From Macrostomum lignano (Eukaryota): a stretch of 64,000 nt of DNA. Under the pieces are notes generated by a model. That model was not told the DNA's origin. It saw only the letters and a program-made list of their open reading frames with translations, and did no database searches. Numbering within the stretch: the stretch's first letter is position 1; every line of letters begins with the position of its first letter. A program made the position numbers and the translations under genes. Positions 50,401 to 62,369 of the stretch are shown piece after piece. The stretch covers positions 1 through 64,000 of the forward strand of contig NIVC01002258.1 of the NCBI GenBank assembly GCA_002269645.1, written 5' to 3'.

Positions 50401-51280
50401 CCCCACTCCCCCAAATGTATTTAGGACTGAGCAGCTCCTTCCGTGACGAGTCCAGAGCTGTGATGATGCAATGGGTCTCCCAGCTCTTTGCTGATCCCAT
50501 GCATTGGGTGAGCAGGCCAGTAGGTGCGCAATCTTTCTGGGAAAGCGCCAGACAGACAGGCAGGCAGGCCAGGAGAAGGTGCTGTGGAAGATGGTACAAG
50601 AAATGTCTTAAGTGATTTATTCAGGGTCCTGTAGCCTCTGATTCCATCTCGCCAGCTTCAACAGATGGGCGTGCAAAGTTCCAGATTTCAGGGAAAGTGA
50701 TTATTACTTGATTTTAGGGCGGGACAGGGTGAGAAGGGCAAAGTCTGGTGGCGCAATTAATTGCAGGTCTGTAATTAATAACGTCAGAGCCCCGGTGCTC
50801 AGATAGGGCCCTTTGTCCGTTTTTTGCTCTCAGGTTTCTTGTTTTGCAATTTGAGTCCTAATTCATATCTGCTATCCAGAAATTTAGCTGGATTGGGGAT
50901 TTTGTTATTAAGTCCATCATTCCAGGTAGTAGCCATAGACTATTCCAGCTAGTAGCCATAGACTATTCCAGCTAGTAGCTATAGACTATTCCAGCTAGTA
51001 GCTATAGACTTTCAGCTAGTAGCCATAGACTATTCCAGCTAGTAGCCATAGACTATTCCAGCTAGTAGCCATAGACTATTCCAGCTAGTAGCCATAGACT
51101 ATTCCAGCTAGTAGCTATAGACTATTCCAGCTAGTAGCCATAGACTATTCCAGCTAGTAGCCATAGACTATTCCAGCTAGTAGCTATAGACTATTCCAGC
51201 TAGTAGCCATAGACTATTCCAGCTAGTAGCCATAGACTATTCCAGCTAGTAGCCATAGACTATTCCAGCTAGTAGCCATA
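47425..51280 (+). repeat. Near-identical tandem duplication (period 1,928 bp) in PRDM intron 3; each unit is a 14-bp GA array, ~850 bp unique sequence and a 23-bp array
   Basis: Unique anchors are offset by 1928 (48144/50072; 48994/50922). ORFs 48354-48671 and 50282-50599 are identical. Units are GACAGAGAGGGGAA and CTAGTAGCCATAGACTATTCCAG; the 23-mer array extends to 51446. Confidence 0.93.
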
Positions 51281-51543
51281 GACTATTCCAGCTAGTAGCC
51301 ATAGACTATTCCAGCTAGTAGCCATAGACTATTCCAGCTAGTAGCCATAGACTATTCCAGCTAGTAGCCATAGACTATTCCAGCTAGTAGCCATAGACTA
51401 TTCCAGCTAGTAGCCATAGACTATTCCAGCTAGTAGCCATAGACTACGTATTCTAGTCAGTGAATGGATGATACTATTCGGCATCTTATGAATAGACAAT
51501 AATCACATTTTAATTAGACAATTCTCTTAAATTATCTTAACAG

Positions 51544-51627
51544 GTGAAAAGCGTCACGAGTGCACAGTCTGTTCCAAGCGCTTCACCCTGCTCTGCAATC
51601 TGAGAACCCATATCAAGACTCACGATG
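51544..51627 (+). CDS. Exon 4 of the PRDM gene: zinc finger 6 (not in the ORF track)
   Basis: Acceptor ATCTTAACAG|; GEKRHECTVCSKRFTLLCNLRTHIKTHD; donor G|GTAAGT. Confidence 0.93.
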
Positions 51628-52194
51628 GTAAGTACCTGATGTACCTAATGCAGAGACAGAATGAATCCAAGAAGATTCACCTCTCAGTCAGTTTAACTAG
51701 TTTGTTGCTAAGGCGCCGTGCCAGCCTGCGTCATCTGAATAAATAATGTCTGTTACACAGGTAGTTTTTAAACCCCCTACGTAATCAGACTGACCGGCCT
51801 TGCGCAACTTTGGACACTATAAAAAATAATATAAAAAGTAACTGACACGGAAAATCAACATGGCAACTGAGGAAAGAAACACAGACTATAGCAGGTAGTG
51901 GGCTGGGAGGACCTCTGATTGCGCACTGAGAGTAATCCCTGCTTAGAGACAAAGTGGCACTTTGCCTCCTCCTTATCAGGGCCGTGCATAATAATAATGA
52001 ATGCCCGGGACACCCTGGAATTAAATTCGCGCCCCCCCCCCGGTGAGCGGACCACCGTCGCAGGCCAAACTCAGCGGGGGTCTTCGTGACATTCCCGCGT
52101 TACAATACGGAATTAGTTTTTTACTAGGCGTTATCTTTCTAAAATCAACTCTGGGAGTCACAAGTTGCATCTCATGGATTTCACATCGTCAAAG

Positions 52195-54035
52195 GCAGAA
52201 TGTTTTACAAGCTCGACTCTTTCACAAGCTCGAATCTTTCACAGGCTCGAATCTTTCACAGGCTCGAATCTTTCACAGACTCGAATATTTCACAAGCTCG
52301 AATCTTTCACAAGCTCGAATCTTTCACAAGCTCGAATCTTTCACAAGCTCGAATCTTTCACAAGCTCGAATCTTTCACAAGCTCGAATCTTTCACAAGCT
52401 CGAATCTTTCACAAGCTCGAATCTTTCACAAGCTCGAATCTTTCACAAGCTCGAATCTTTCACAAGCTCGAATCTTTCACAAGCTCGAATCTTTCACAAG
52501 CTCGACTCTTTCACAGGCTCGAATATTTCACAGGCTCGAATCTTTTACAGGCTCGAATATTTCACAGACTCGAATCTTTCACAGGCTCGAATATTTCACA
52601 GGCTCGAATATTTCACAAGCTCGAATATTTCACAGGCTCGAATCTTTCACAAGCTCGAATCTTTCACAGGCTCGAATCTTTCACAAGCTCGAATCTTTCA
52701 CAAGCTCGACTCTTTCACAAGCTCGACTCTTTCACAAGCTCGAATCTTTTACAGGCTCGAATATTTCACAGGCTCGAATCTTTCACAGGCTCGAATCTTT
52801 CACAGACTCGAATCTTTCACAAGTTCGAATCTTTCACAAGTTCGAATCTTTCACAGACTTGAATCTTTCACAGGCTCGAATCTTTCACAGACTCGAATAT
52901 TTCACAAGCTCGAATCTTTCACAAGCTCGAATCTTTCACAAGCTCGAATCTTTCACAAGCTCGAATCTTTCACAAGCTCGAATCTTTCACAAGCTCGAAT
53001 CTTTCACAAGCTCGAATCTTTCACAAGCTCGAATCTTTCACAAGCTCGAATCTTTCACAAGCTCGAATCTTTCACAAGCTCGAATCTTTCACAAGCTCGA
53101 ATCTTTCACAAGCTCGAATCTTTCACAAGCTCGAATCTTTCACAAGCTCGAATCTTTCACAAGCTCGACTCTTTCACAAGCTCGACTCTTTTACAGACTC
53201 GAATCTTTCACAGACTCGAATATTTCACAAGCTCGAATCTTTCACAAGCTCGAATCTTTCACAAGCTCGAATCTTTCACAAGCTCGAATCTTTCACAAGC
53301 TCGAATCTTTCACAAGCTCGAATCTTTCACAAGCTCGAATCTTTCACAAGCTCGAATCTTTCACAAGCTCGAATCTTTCACAAGCTCGAATCTTTCACAA
53401 GCTCGAATCTTTCACAAGCTCGAATCTTTCACAAGCTCGAATCTTTCACAAGCTCGAATCTTTCACAAGCTCGAATCTTTCACAAGCTCGAATCTTTCAC
53501 AAGCTCGACTCTTTCACAGGCTCGAATATTTCACAGGCTCGAATCTTTTACAGGCTCGAATATTTCACAGACTCGAATCTTTCACAGGCTCGAATATTTC
53601 ACAGGCTCAAATATTTCACAGGCTCGAATCTTTCACAGACTCGAATCTTTCACAAGCTCGAATCTTTCACAAGCTCGACTCTTTCACAAGCTCGACTCTT
53701 TCACAAGCTCGAATCTTTCACAAGCTCGAATCTTTCACAAGCTCGAATCTTTCACAAGCTCGAATCTTTCACAAGCTCGAATCTTTCACAAGCTCGACTC
53801 TTTCACAAGCTCGAATCTTTCACAAGCTCGACTCTTTCACAGGCTCGAATATTTCACAGACTCGAATCTTTCACAGGCTCGAATATTTCACAGGCTCAAA
53901 TATTTCACAGGCTCGAATCTTTCACAGACTCGAATCTTTCACAAGCTCGAATCTTTCACAAGCTCGACTCTTTCACAAGCTCGACTCTTTTACAGACTCG
54001 AATCTTTCACAGGCTCGAATTTTTCACAGGCTCGA
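52195..54035 (+). repeat. Intronic 17-bp minisatellite TCGAATCTTTCACAAGC
   Basis: Direct reading. It is stop-free in plus frames, hence the 923-aa and 703-aa pseudo-ORFs. Confidence 0.97.
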
Positions 54036-54065
54036 ATCTTTTATCACATCGTTTTTATTTTCCAG

Positions 54066-54550
54066 CCGAGCTGCCCACCCAGAATCAGCAGCTGGACACT
54101 TCCGGCGAGCTGTGCAGCAACGGCGACGCCAAAAATCATCATCAGTTGCAGCCGGGAGCAGCCTCCGGATCTGCCGCCCTTCAGCCGACGTCAGCGGCCT
54201 CGTCTGCCGCCCTGATGTTCACCTCAACGCCCCAGCAGCAACAGCAGGTGAACGGCAGCAAGCTGATAAAAGCTGATAAAAAAATCAATTTTCGTTGCAT
54301 CGACGAGCTGGCTCAGTCTTCCACTGCCGCCGCTGCCGCTGCCGCCGCTGCCGCTGCCGCCGCCGTAACTCCCAGTTCGTCGACACGAAAGCAGGGCAGC
54401 TCGAGGCAGAAGAAGCTACCTTCGCAGCCGTCAGCGCCGATGCCACCGCAGCCGCAGCCGCAGCAACAGAGTCAAATTCTGACCCCAGTTAAACAACAGC
54501 AGCACCAACCAACATCGCCGATGTTCCAGCATCTTCAGCTGCATCATCAC

Positions 54551-54584
<34 letters not shown>

Positions 54585-54750
54585 TGCAAAGCCTCTTCGC
54601 TCTTCAAAGACAGGCCGCAGCAGCAGCCGCCAGCTGCTTCCCGCTGCCGCCGCCTCTGCCGCAGCTGCCCTCAGCAAGTTCGTTTCCCTTTCACCCTTTG
54701 CTGCCGCTGCCTCTGCCACAGCTGCCGCCAGTTCAGTGGGCCGCCGCGAT

Positions 54751-54786
<36 letters not shown>

Positions 54787-54814
54787 CTCTCAAGCACCCA
54801 GCAGATTCTCATAG
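54066..54814 (+). CDS. Exon 5 (last) of the PRDM gene: Q/A/P-rich C-terminus with an eh1-like motif
   Basis: Acceptor TTTTTATTTTCCAG|, phase 1 matches exon 4; AELPTQNQ...KINFRCIDELAQS...poly-Q...SRFS*. Confidence 0.88.
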
Positions 54815-55744
54815 ACAGCGCACTGCAGACCCCCCGACGGCTTGCATCGTGTTCAGAAGCTCTAGCGCGATTTGAATTCTATAGAGACAAAAATTGGAAA
54901 CTCTTTTGCTTTTGTTGCTCGTCTTTTTTATCTTGTGTTCGTGTAGAATAACGTGTGTACAGATTCTCTGCTATAAACTGCTTTTTATGACCTCGAATTC
55001 GAATTTGGATAACTATCTATTATAAATAATAGGTTACTGTGGCATATAACTTAGTTCCTAGGTTTGAACTGTGCTACTCAAGGTAGTTTAGTTAATTATT
55101 TATTTATGCTACCTGTATAAATCAAACTAGCTTTTTCAAACCTTTTAGTTGTTGTTTACTAATTAATTTAATTGCTTCATATTATATGGTAGATTAGTTT
55201 TAATTGCAGCTTTTTTTCTGCTTTTTATTTGAGCAGGGTCAGCAAAATGTTGTATCTGAGTGGCTCATGGCTGCGGACCAGAGGGGGGAGGCGAGGAGAG
55301 GGAATAGAGGAGAAGAGAGGAGAGAGGGTAGAGTGGAGAGGAAACAGGGGAGAGTGGGGAGAGGAGATTTTGTGAAATTTTGAAAGGCCTACGCGCCTAA
55401 GGTACAATATCTATATTAGAATGTACAAAGGGTTTGGATAAATTTCTGTAGTGCTTAACCTTAAGCTAGCGCTCTGCACCTCATAATCTATAAACTGTAA
55501 ATCAACGCAGCACTCTGATGGCGGTTCAGAAGCCTTAGTTACTGACACTTTTATTTTCTTCCTATCCCTTACTCTGCTCTGTAGAAATGCAATTTCTTCT
55601 TAATTTTCTCATTCGTCTGTCTGTCGCGGCTTAATAAAAATTAAAATATTTGCAAACAACGATATTGATAATCAGATTTGCAATAAGTTTACAGACTCCG
55701 ATCTCTGCTTCTTTTACATTGCCCGCTTAACTTAAAAGGTGGAG

Positions 55745-56290
55745 CGTTCAAAAGGAGAGAAAAGGAGAGGAGAGAAGAGGAAAGGAGAGGAGAGGAGAGG
55801 AGAGGAGAGAAGAGGAAAGGAAAGGAGAGGAGAGGAGAGGAGAGGAGAGGAGAGGAGAGGAGAGAAGAGGAAAGGAAAGGAGAGGAGAGGAGAGGAGAGG
55901 AGAGGAGAGGAGAGGAGAGGAGAGGAGAGGAGAGGAGAGGAGAGGAGAGAAGAGGAAAGGAAAGGAGAGGAGAGGAGAGGAGAGAAGAGGAAAGGAAAGG
56001 AGGGGAGAGGAAAGGAGAGGAGAGGAGAGGAGAGGAGAGGAGAGGAGATGAGAGGAGAGGAGAGGAGAGGAGAGGAGAGGAGAGAAGAGGAGAGGAGGGG
56101 AGAGGAGGGGAGAGGAGAGGAGAGGAGGGGAGAGGAGAGGAGGGGAGAGGAGAGGAGGGGAGAGGAGGGGAGAGGAGAGGAGAGGAGAGGAGAGGAGAGG
56201 AGAGGAGAGGAGAGGAGAGCAGAGGAGAGGAGAGCAGAGGAGAGGAGAGCATATGAGAGGACAGGAGAGGGAGGAAGGGAGAAGAGACAT
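55745..56290 (+). repeat. (AGAGG)n polypurine microsatellite
   Basis: Direct reading. Confidence 0.97.
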
Positions 56291-56679
56291 AAATTGCAAT
56301 CTTTCACATTTCGCCAGTGAAGTAAAACTGCAAACGCAAAGGCTCTACAAATACTGGGTACCATAACTTGTATTACTCGCTCATGCTTTACTAGAGTGGC
56401 TATAGGGACATCAATAGTTACTCACCAGAGGCTGAGATCGAAATATTGAATATCAGACTAATCGATCGAGCAAACTCGAAAAACCATCAGACCGGAAATC
56501 CGGAACAGCCTCCGCAACTCGGGGTGGACTGGCCGTCAGGGAAGTGCTCAACCGTGCTCAACCGTATGCTACCGTTGCTGTGGCCAGATTAGAATGCTGT
56601 GATTACTGATCCCAATTAAATAGGATTCGTTTTTGCCCGAAATGCTTTTTAATTTGACCATTTCGAAATTCAAGGGCAT

Positions 56680-56995
56680 CCAACTAGATCCCAAAGGCGC
56701 CAACTAGATCTCAAAGGCGCCAACTAGATCTTAGAGGCGCAAGTTAGATCCTAGAGAGACGCCAACTGGATCCTAGAGAGGCGCCAACTAGATTTAAGAT
56801 GCGCCAGCTAGATTTTAGAGGCGCCAACTAGATTTAAGATACGCCAACTAGATTTTAGAGACGCCAACTAGATCCTAGAGGCGCCAACTAGAGCGCAAAG
56901 GCGCCAACTAGATTTTAGAGGCGCCAACTAGATCCTAGAGGCGCCAACTAGAGCGCAAAGGCGCCAGCTAGATTTCAATAGAACTGAGGTGCGCC
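56680..56995 (+). repeat. ~20-bp minisatellite GCGCCAACTAGATTTTAGAG
   Basis: Direct reading; period 20 at 56821-56881. Confidence 0.92.
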
Positions 56996-57519
56996 AAATA
57001 GAGTATTTTAATGTGACTAAAAAAATTACGGAGTTTTAGGAGTCGAAAAAATATTTATTGTACTACAAGTAGCACAGATTGAAGCATACTTCCTAAAAAA
57101 TGCATTAAACTCACTTCGCCTACGCATGTATATCAAAGTGTTGGCAGTTGGTATCAGAAACGCCCCCCCCTTCACGCACGCAGCTTTTGTTTGGCTTGCA
57201 AACAGACGCCGGACGTCCCCCCTGAGAGAGTTGTCGTACTCAGTGCCGACTCAGTAGTGAGACACTGAGCAAGCATGTTGAGCAGTTTGTCAACCAATAT
57301 GAGGTTGCCAGGGGCGGCCGTGAGAAGAATTTTCCTTCCTGAGTTGCTTTTGTCAAAGCAGTGCAATTTCCTAGTGTTTGCTGAAAGAATCTGTTCCCAA
57401 AATATTTTGATAGCTGGATGGACTTCAAATCTGTGAACTAATCCAGTAAATTTCCGGTGGTAGAAATACCCTTTTATGAATAAATTCTGCTTACAATACC
57501 CTTTTCTGAGTAGACTGCC

Positions 57520-57960
57520 AGGGTATAAATACCCCATCTAGTGTAAATTGTCAGGGTAGAAATACCCCATCTAGTGTAAACTGTCAGGGTAGAAATACCC
57601 CATCTAGTGTAAACTGTCAGGGTAGAAATACCCCATCTAGTGTAAACTGTCAGGGTAGAAATACCCCATCTAGTGTAAACTGTCAGGGTATTAATACCCC
57701 GTCTAGTGTAAATTGTCAGGGTATAAATACATCATCTAGTGTAAATTGTCAGGGTAGAAATACCCCATCTAGTGTAAACTGTCAGGGTAGAAATACCCCA
57801 TCTAGTGTAAACTGTCAGGGTATTAATACCCCGTCTAGTGTAAATTGTCAGGGTATAAATACATCATCTAGTGTAAATTGTCAGGGTAGAAATACCCCAT
57901 CTAGTGTAAACTGTCAGGGTAGAAATACCCCATCTAGTGTAAACTGTCAGGATATAAATG
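57520..57960 (+). repeat. 33-bp minisatellite with a hairpin in each unit
   Basis: CAGGGTAGAAATACCCCATCTAGTGTAAACTGT; stem GGGTA/TACCC. Confidence 0.95.
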
Positions 57961-58369
57961 CTCCTAGTGGAACACGCAATTAATTTGACAAATTTAGCAG
58001 TTTACAAACGACACCACACCATAGATGAAGCCATCAGCAGCTTCCGACAGTACTGGAACTCACAATTTGGTTGAAAGCACTCCAGCGGTGCCATTAAAAT
58101 TTGACTCATTAGTGAGTGGCAGCCAGGCTGCAGCCTCGCTCCACCAAGGCTGGAGAAGTGCTCATTTTCTAGCATGGGCTGCATTAGTAACCGAGAGCCT
58201 GAGACAGGTGAGAAAACGCACTATTATTAGCAATTTTTGTAAAAACAGAGGTCCCCTTCGGGTAGCTAAGGGGTCTGTCTCTTTTAACTGCTGGCAAATG
58301 TTACTTACAACTTTAAATGTTAGAAAGTTGTACAACTTTATGTCTATATTTGCAGTAGGCTATAGTGAG

Positions 58370-59150
58370 ACAGACAGTCAGGAAGGGAAGACAGAGAGAG
58401 GGACAGGGGAGAGAGCGGGTGACAGAGTGAGGGACAGGGGAGAGAGCGGGTGACAGACAGAGAGGGACAGGGGAGAGAGCGGGTGACAGACAGAGAGGGA
58501 CAGGGGAGAGAGCGGGTGACAGAGAGAGGGACAGGGGAGAGAGCGGGTGACAGAGAGAGGGACAGGGGAGAGAGCGGGTGACAGAGAGAGGGACAGGGGA
58601 GAGAGCGGGTGACAGAGAGAGGGACAGGGGAGAGAGCGGGTGACAGAGAGAGGGACAGGGGAGAGAGCGGGTGACAGAGAGAGGGACAGGGAAGAGAGCG
58701 GGTGACAGAGAGAGGGACAGGGGAGAGAGCGGGTGACAGAGAGAGGGACAGGGGAGAGAGCGGGTGACAGAGAGAGGGACAGGGGAGAGAGCGGGTGACA
58801 GAGAGAGGGACAGGGGAGAGAGCGGGTGACAGAGAGAGGGACAGGGGGAGAGAGCGGGTGACAGAGAGAGGGACAGGGGGAGAGAGCGGGTGACAGAGAG
58901 GGACAGGGGGAGAGAGCGGGTGACAGAGAGAGGGACAGGGGAGAGAGCGGGTGACAGAGAGAGGGACAGGGGAGAGAGCGGGTGACAGAGAGGGACAGGG
59001 GGAGAGAGCGGGTGACAGAGAGAGGGACAGGGGAGAGAGCGGGTGACAGACAGAGAGGAACAGGGGGAGAGAGCGGGTGACAGAGAGAGAGGGACAGGGG
59101 GAGAGAGTGGGTGACAGAGAGAGGGACAGGGGAGAGAGCGGGTGAGTCAA
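58370..59150 (+). repeat. ~31-bp purine-rich minisatellite GTGACAGAGAGAGGGACAGGGGAGAGAGCGG
   Basis: Direct reading; three G3-G4 tracts per unit (G-quadruplex-type pattern). Confidence 0.96.
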
Positions 59151-59489
59151 AGAGAGGTTAGCTAAATGATTAGCAAAGTACATGTATTTATTTATGGATA
59201 GCTTTTGAGTTGGGGTCCAAAGTGTCTGTCAGTTCCCCTGTAGTACAGCATCATGAAATGAAGCATTAAAAATGCTTTTAGCTTTCTGGCGTCTCCCAGA
59301 CTTTTCACCTCTGTATTGCAGCAGCAACTTGCTCTCGCCCTCAAAAATATCTGCTTCTGTATTTCTGGCAAAGTTAAAAAAATTTTATATTGTTGGGATT
59401 CACAGGCTATGACAGGGTTTATCAACTACCGTTCACACCTGGCTGGAGGAGTGAGAGAGGGAGGGAGTAAGAGGGAGAGAGTGAGGATG

Positions 59490-59660
59490 CATCCCAATAG
59501 ACTCATTGGCTCAATGCAAGACAGCAGGCCAATAAGGCTGCTTGATATATTGCCGAAATTCTTCTGCCTCCAATTTCTCACCAAGCAGCCACCTCTCCGC
59601 TTCCCCAGGGCTTGCTCGCTTCTCCTATATGGTCTCGTCACACGGTCGTCATGGCAACTA
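59490..59660. promoter_or_regulatory. Candidate promoter: three CCAAT boxes plus an RFX X-box
   Basis: CCAAT/ATTGG near 59494, 59506 and 59530. GTCGTCATGGCAAC (59645-59658) fits the X-box consensus RYHNYYWTRSHRAY at all positions. Confidence 0.4.
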
Positions 59661-60234
59661 AAAATAGGCGGGAGTAGCCAGACTGGAGGACGAGAGAGGA
59701 AGTCGGGCCACACACAGGAAGCACCAAACTCTGACTGCTTCTCCCCTTACTCTGCTCGCCCTGAGCCCTCTGCTCACAGCAAACACAGCCGCCACCCCCC
59801 CCCCCTACCATGGAGGGAAAACTTCATGCTTCAGACATTTGCTCACACAAGAAGACGACTCTTAGAGCCTTTCCCGGATCCGCTTTTTTCACTCTCGTCG
59901 CAGAAACTGAGCATCGAATCGGCTTAGAAAGCTCGGCAGTTTGAAGCACTTTGACAGGAAATTGGTCCTGCAAAAAAGTCAATTTCACAATAATTCTGTG
60001 AGCATGTGACTTCCGAGGGCTTGAGAATTCGATTCCTTATGTATAAAGTTTGAGTCGGCTGGGATCTTGAAATGAGCAAAAGTGCGAGGACTTCAACAGT
60101 GATTTTCCAAGCCGGTTCGAATTGACTGAGTATATTGCTGCTTGATATGGTGGCAACTGCATCTGCAGGTGAGGCTGAACGGACTTGGGTGTTTATGCTT
60201 TTGATTTTCCTATTTCAAGGCTCTCGGGTGCAAG

Positions 60235-61590
60235 TTTTTGAGGTTAGGGTTTTGACGTTTGAGTTTTGAGGTTTGGGTTTTGAGGTTTGGGTTTTGGGGT
60301 TTGGGGTTTGGGGTTTTGAGGCTTGGGTTTTGAGATTTGGGTTTTGGGATTTGGGTTTTGGGGTTTGGGTTTTGAGGTTTGGGTTTTGAGGCTTGGGTTT
60401 TGAGGTTTGGGTTTTGAGGTTTGGGTTTTGAGGTTTAGGTTTTGGAGTCTGGGTTTTGAGGTTTGGGTTTTGAGGTTTGGGTTTTGAGGTTTGGGTTTTG
60501 AGATTTGGGTTTTGAGGTTTGGGTTTTGAGGTTTGGGTTTTGAGGTTTGGGTTTTGAGGTTTGGGTTTTGAGGTTTGGGTTTTGTGGTTTGGGTTTTGAG
60601 GTTTGGGTTTTGAGATTTGAGTTTTTAGGTTTGGGTTTTGAGATTTGAGTTTTGAGGTTTGGGTTTTGAGGTTTGGGTTTTGAGGTTTGGGTTTTGTGGT
60701 TTGGGTTTTGAGGTTTGAGTTTTGAGGTTTGGGTTTTGAGGTTTGGGTTTTGAGGTTTGGGTTTTGAGGTTTGGGTTTTGAGGTTTGGGTTTTGAGATTT
60801 GGGTTTTGAGGTTTGGGTTTTGAGATTTGGGTTTTGAGGTTTGGGTTTTGAGATTTGAGTTTTGAGGTTTGGGTTTTGAGGCTTGGGTTTTGAGGTTTGG
60901 GTTTTGAGGTTTGGGTTTTGAGGTTTAGGTTTTGAGGTTTGGGTTTTGAGGTTTGGGTTTTGAGGTTTGGGTTTTGAGGTTTGGGGTTTGGGGTTTGGGT
61001 CTTGAGGTTTGGGTTTTGGGGTTTGGGTCTTGAGGTTTGGGTTCTGAGGTTCGGGTTTTGAGGCTTGGGTTTGGGGTTTGGGTCTTGAGGTTAGGGTTCT
61101 GAGGTTCGGGTTTTGAGGTTTGAGTTTTGAGATTTGGGTTTCGAGGTTTGGGTTCTGAGGTTCGGGTTTTGAGATTTGGGTTTCGAGGTTTGGGTTTTGA
61201 GGTTTGGGTTTTGAGGTTTTGGTTTTGAGGTTAGGGTTCTGAGGTTCGGGTTTTGAGGTTCGAGTTTTGAGGTTTGGGTTTTGAGGTTTGGGTTTTGAGG
61301 GTTGGGTTTTGAGGTTTGGGTTTTGAGGTTTGGGTTTTGAGGTTTGGGTTTTGAGGTTTGGGTTTTGAGGTTTGGGTTTTGAGGTTCGGGTTTTGAGGTT
61401 TGGGTTTTGAGGTTTAGGTTTTGGAGTCTGGGTTTTGTGGTTTGGGTTTTGAGGTTCGGGTTTTGAGGTTTTGGTTTCGAGGTTTGTGTTTAGATTTTGA
61501 GGTTGGGTTTTTAATTTTGAGGTTTGGATTTTGAGGTTTGGATTTTGAGGTTTGGATTTTGAGGTTCAGGTTGAGGTTCTGCTTGTGTCC
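60235..61590 (+). repeat. G/T-rich telomere-like 14-bp minisatellite GAGGTTTGGGTTTT
   Basis: Direct reading; a few units contain TTAGGG (for example ~60244, ~61091, ~61231). Confidence 0.97.
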
Positions 61591-62369
61591 TGTTTTTGAA
61601 ATTATGAGCTTTTGTTTAGGTTTCGAGTTTTGCAATTTTGGAAACTCGAAGATTTAAGAATTGGTTTTCTTGTACTCAATTATCGCGCGCTGTGTGAGGG
61701 TTTGAGAATTTAGAGAATTTTTAATTTTCCTATATAATTAAGGATCACATTTTAGCCATTATAATATTTTCACAGACTAACAATAGACCAAAATGGACAC
61801 GCCATGACAACCGGAAAGACACATGATAAAGTGATAATATGCGTGATTTAGCAAAAAACACTGCCTCAAAGAGGAGTTGTCAGAGTTTGCACAAGGGCCG
61901 CGCCACCGTGCTTGTCTGTCAACTCAGCTGCTGCGGCAAGTTCTGCAACTGGCATAATTAAAGAACCTCCCTCCCCACTCCTTTGTTGTCGAGTTTACCT
62001 TAGTGCATGCATTTTACTGGGTGCGTTTCTGTTTGCCATCTGCTGCTTTGGGCTGAATAATTTTTTTATTAATAATAGTATTTAAACAGGATCAGCAGTT
62101 GCCTTATTTGGAAGAATTCGGGCAATGGTAAATTGACAGCGCCAAAATAAAGTGAAGGGGCTTGGGAATGTGCTGGCGTGCATGGTAAAGCTGTCGTTAG
62201 TTTTTAAATTGGAATTCAGAATTTATGAATTGTGGAAATGAATTTTTGGCAAGGTTCTTATCAGGGACTTCTAGAGATAGTGATGCTACTTTTAGGAGTC
62301 CCTGGCTCTTATAAGCAGGTACAGGGAGTGGAGTGGACAATTTATAAAAAATGATAGACAGATACGAGG

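Noticed and set aside
52043-54065. 923-aa, 703-aa and 220-aa ORFs with FTSSNLSQARIFHKLES repeats
   Set aside because: Translation of a stop-free 17-bp intronic minisatellite. Only 54066-54814 is a real exon, with a strong acceptor and a phase match to exon 4.
57172-58240. Protein-like plus-strand frame with interspersed TGA/TAA/TAG (possible stop-codon reassignment or decayed gene) and a 121-aa minus-strand ORF
   Set aside because: Stop density is near random expectation, no family is recognised, and the real genes in the window use the standard code without in-frame stops.
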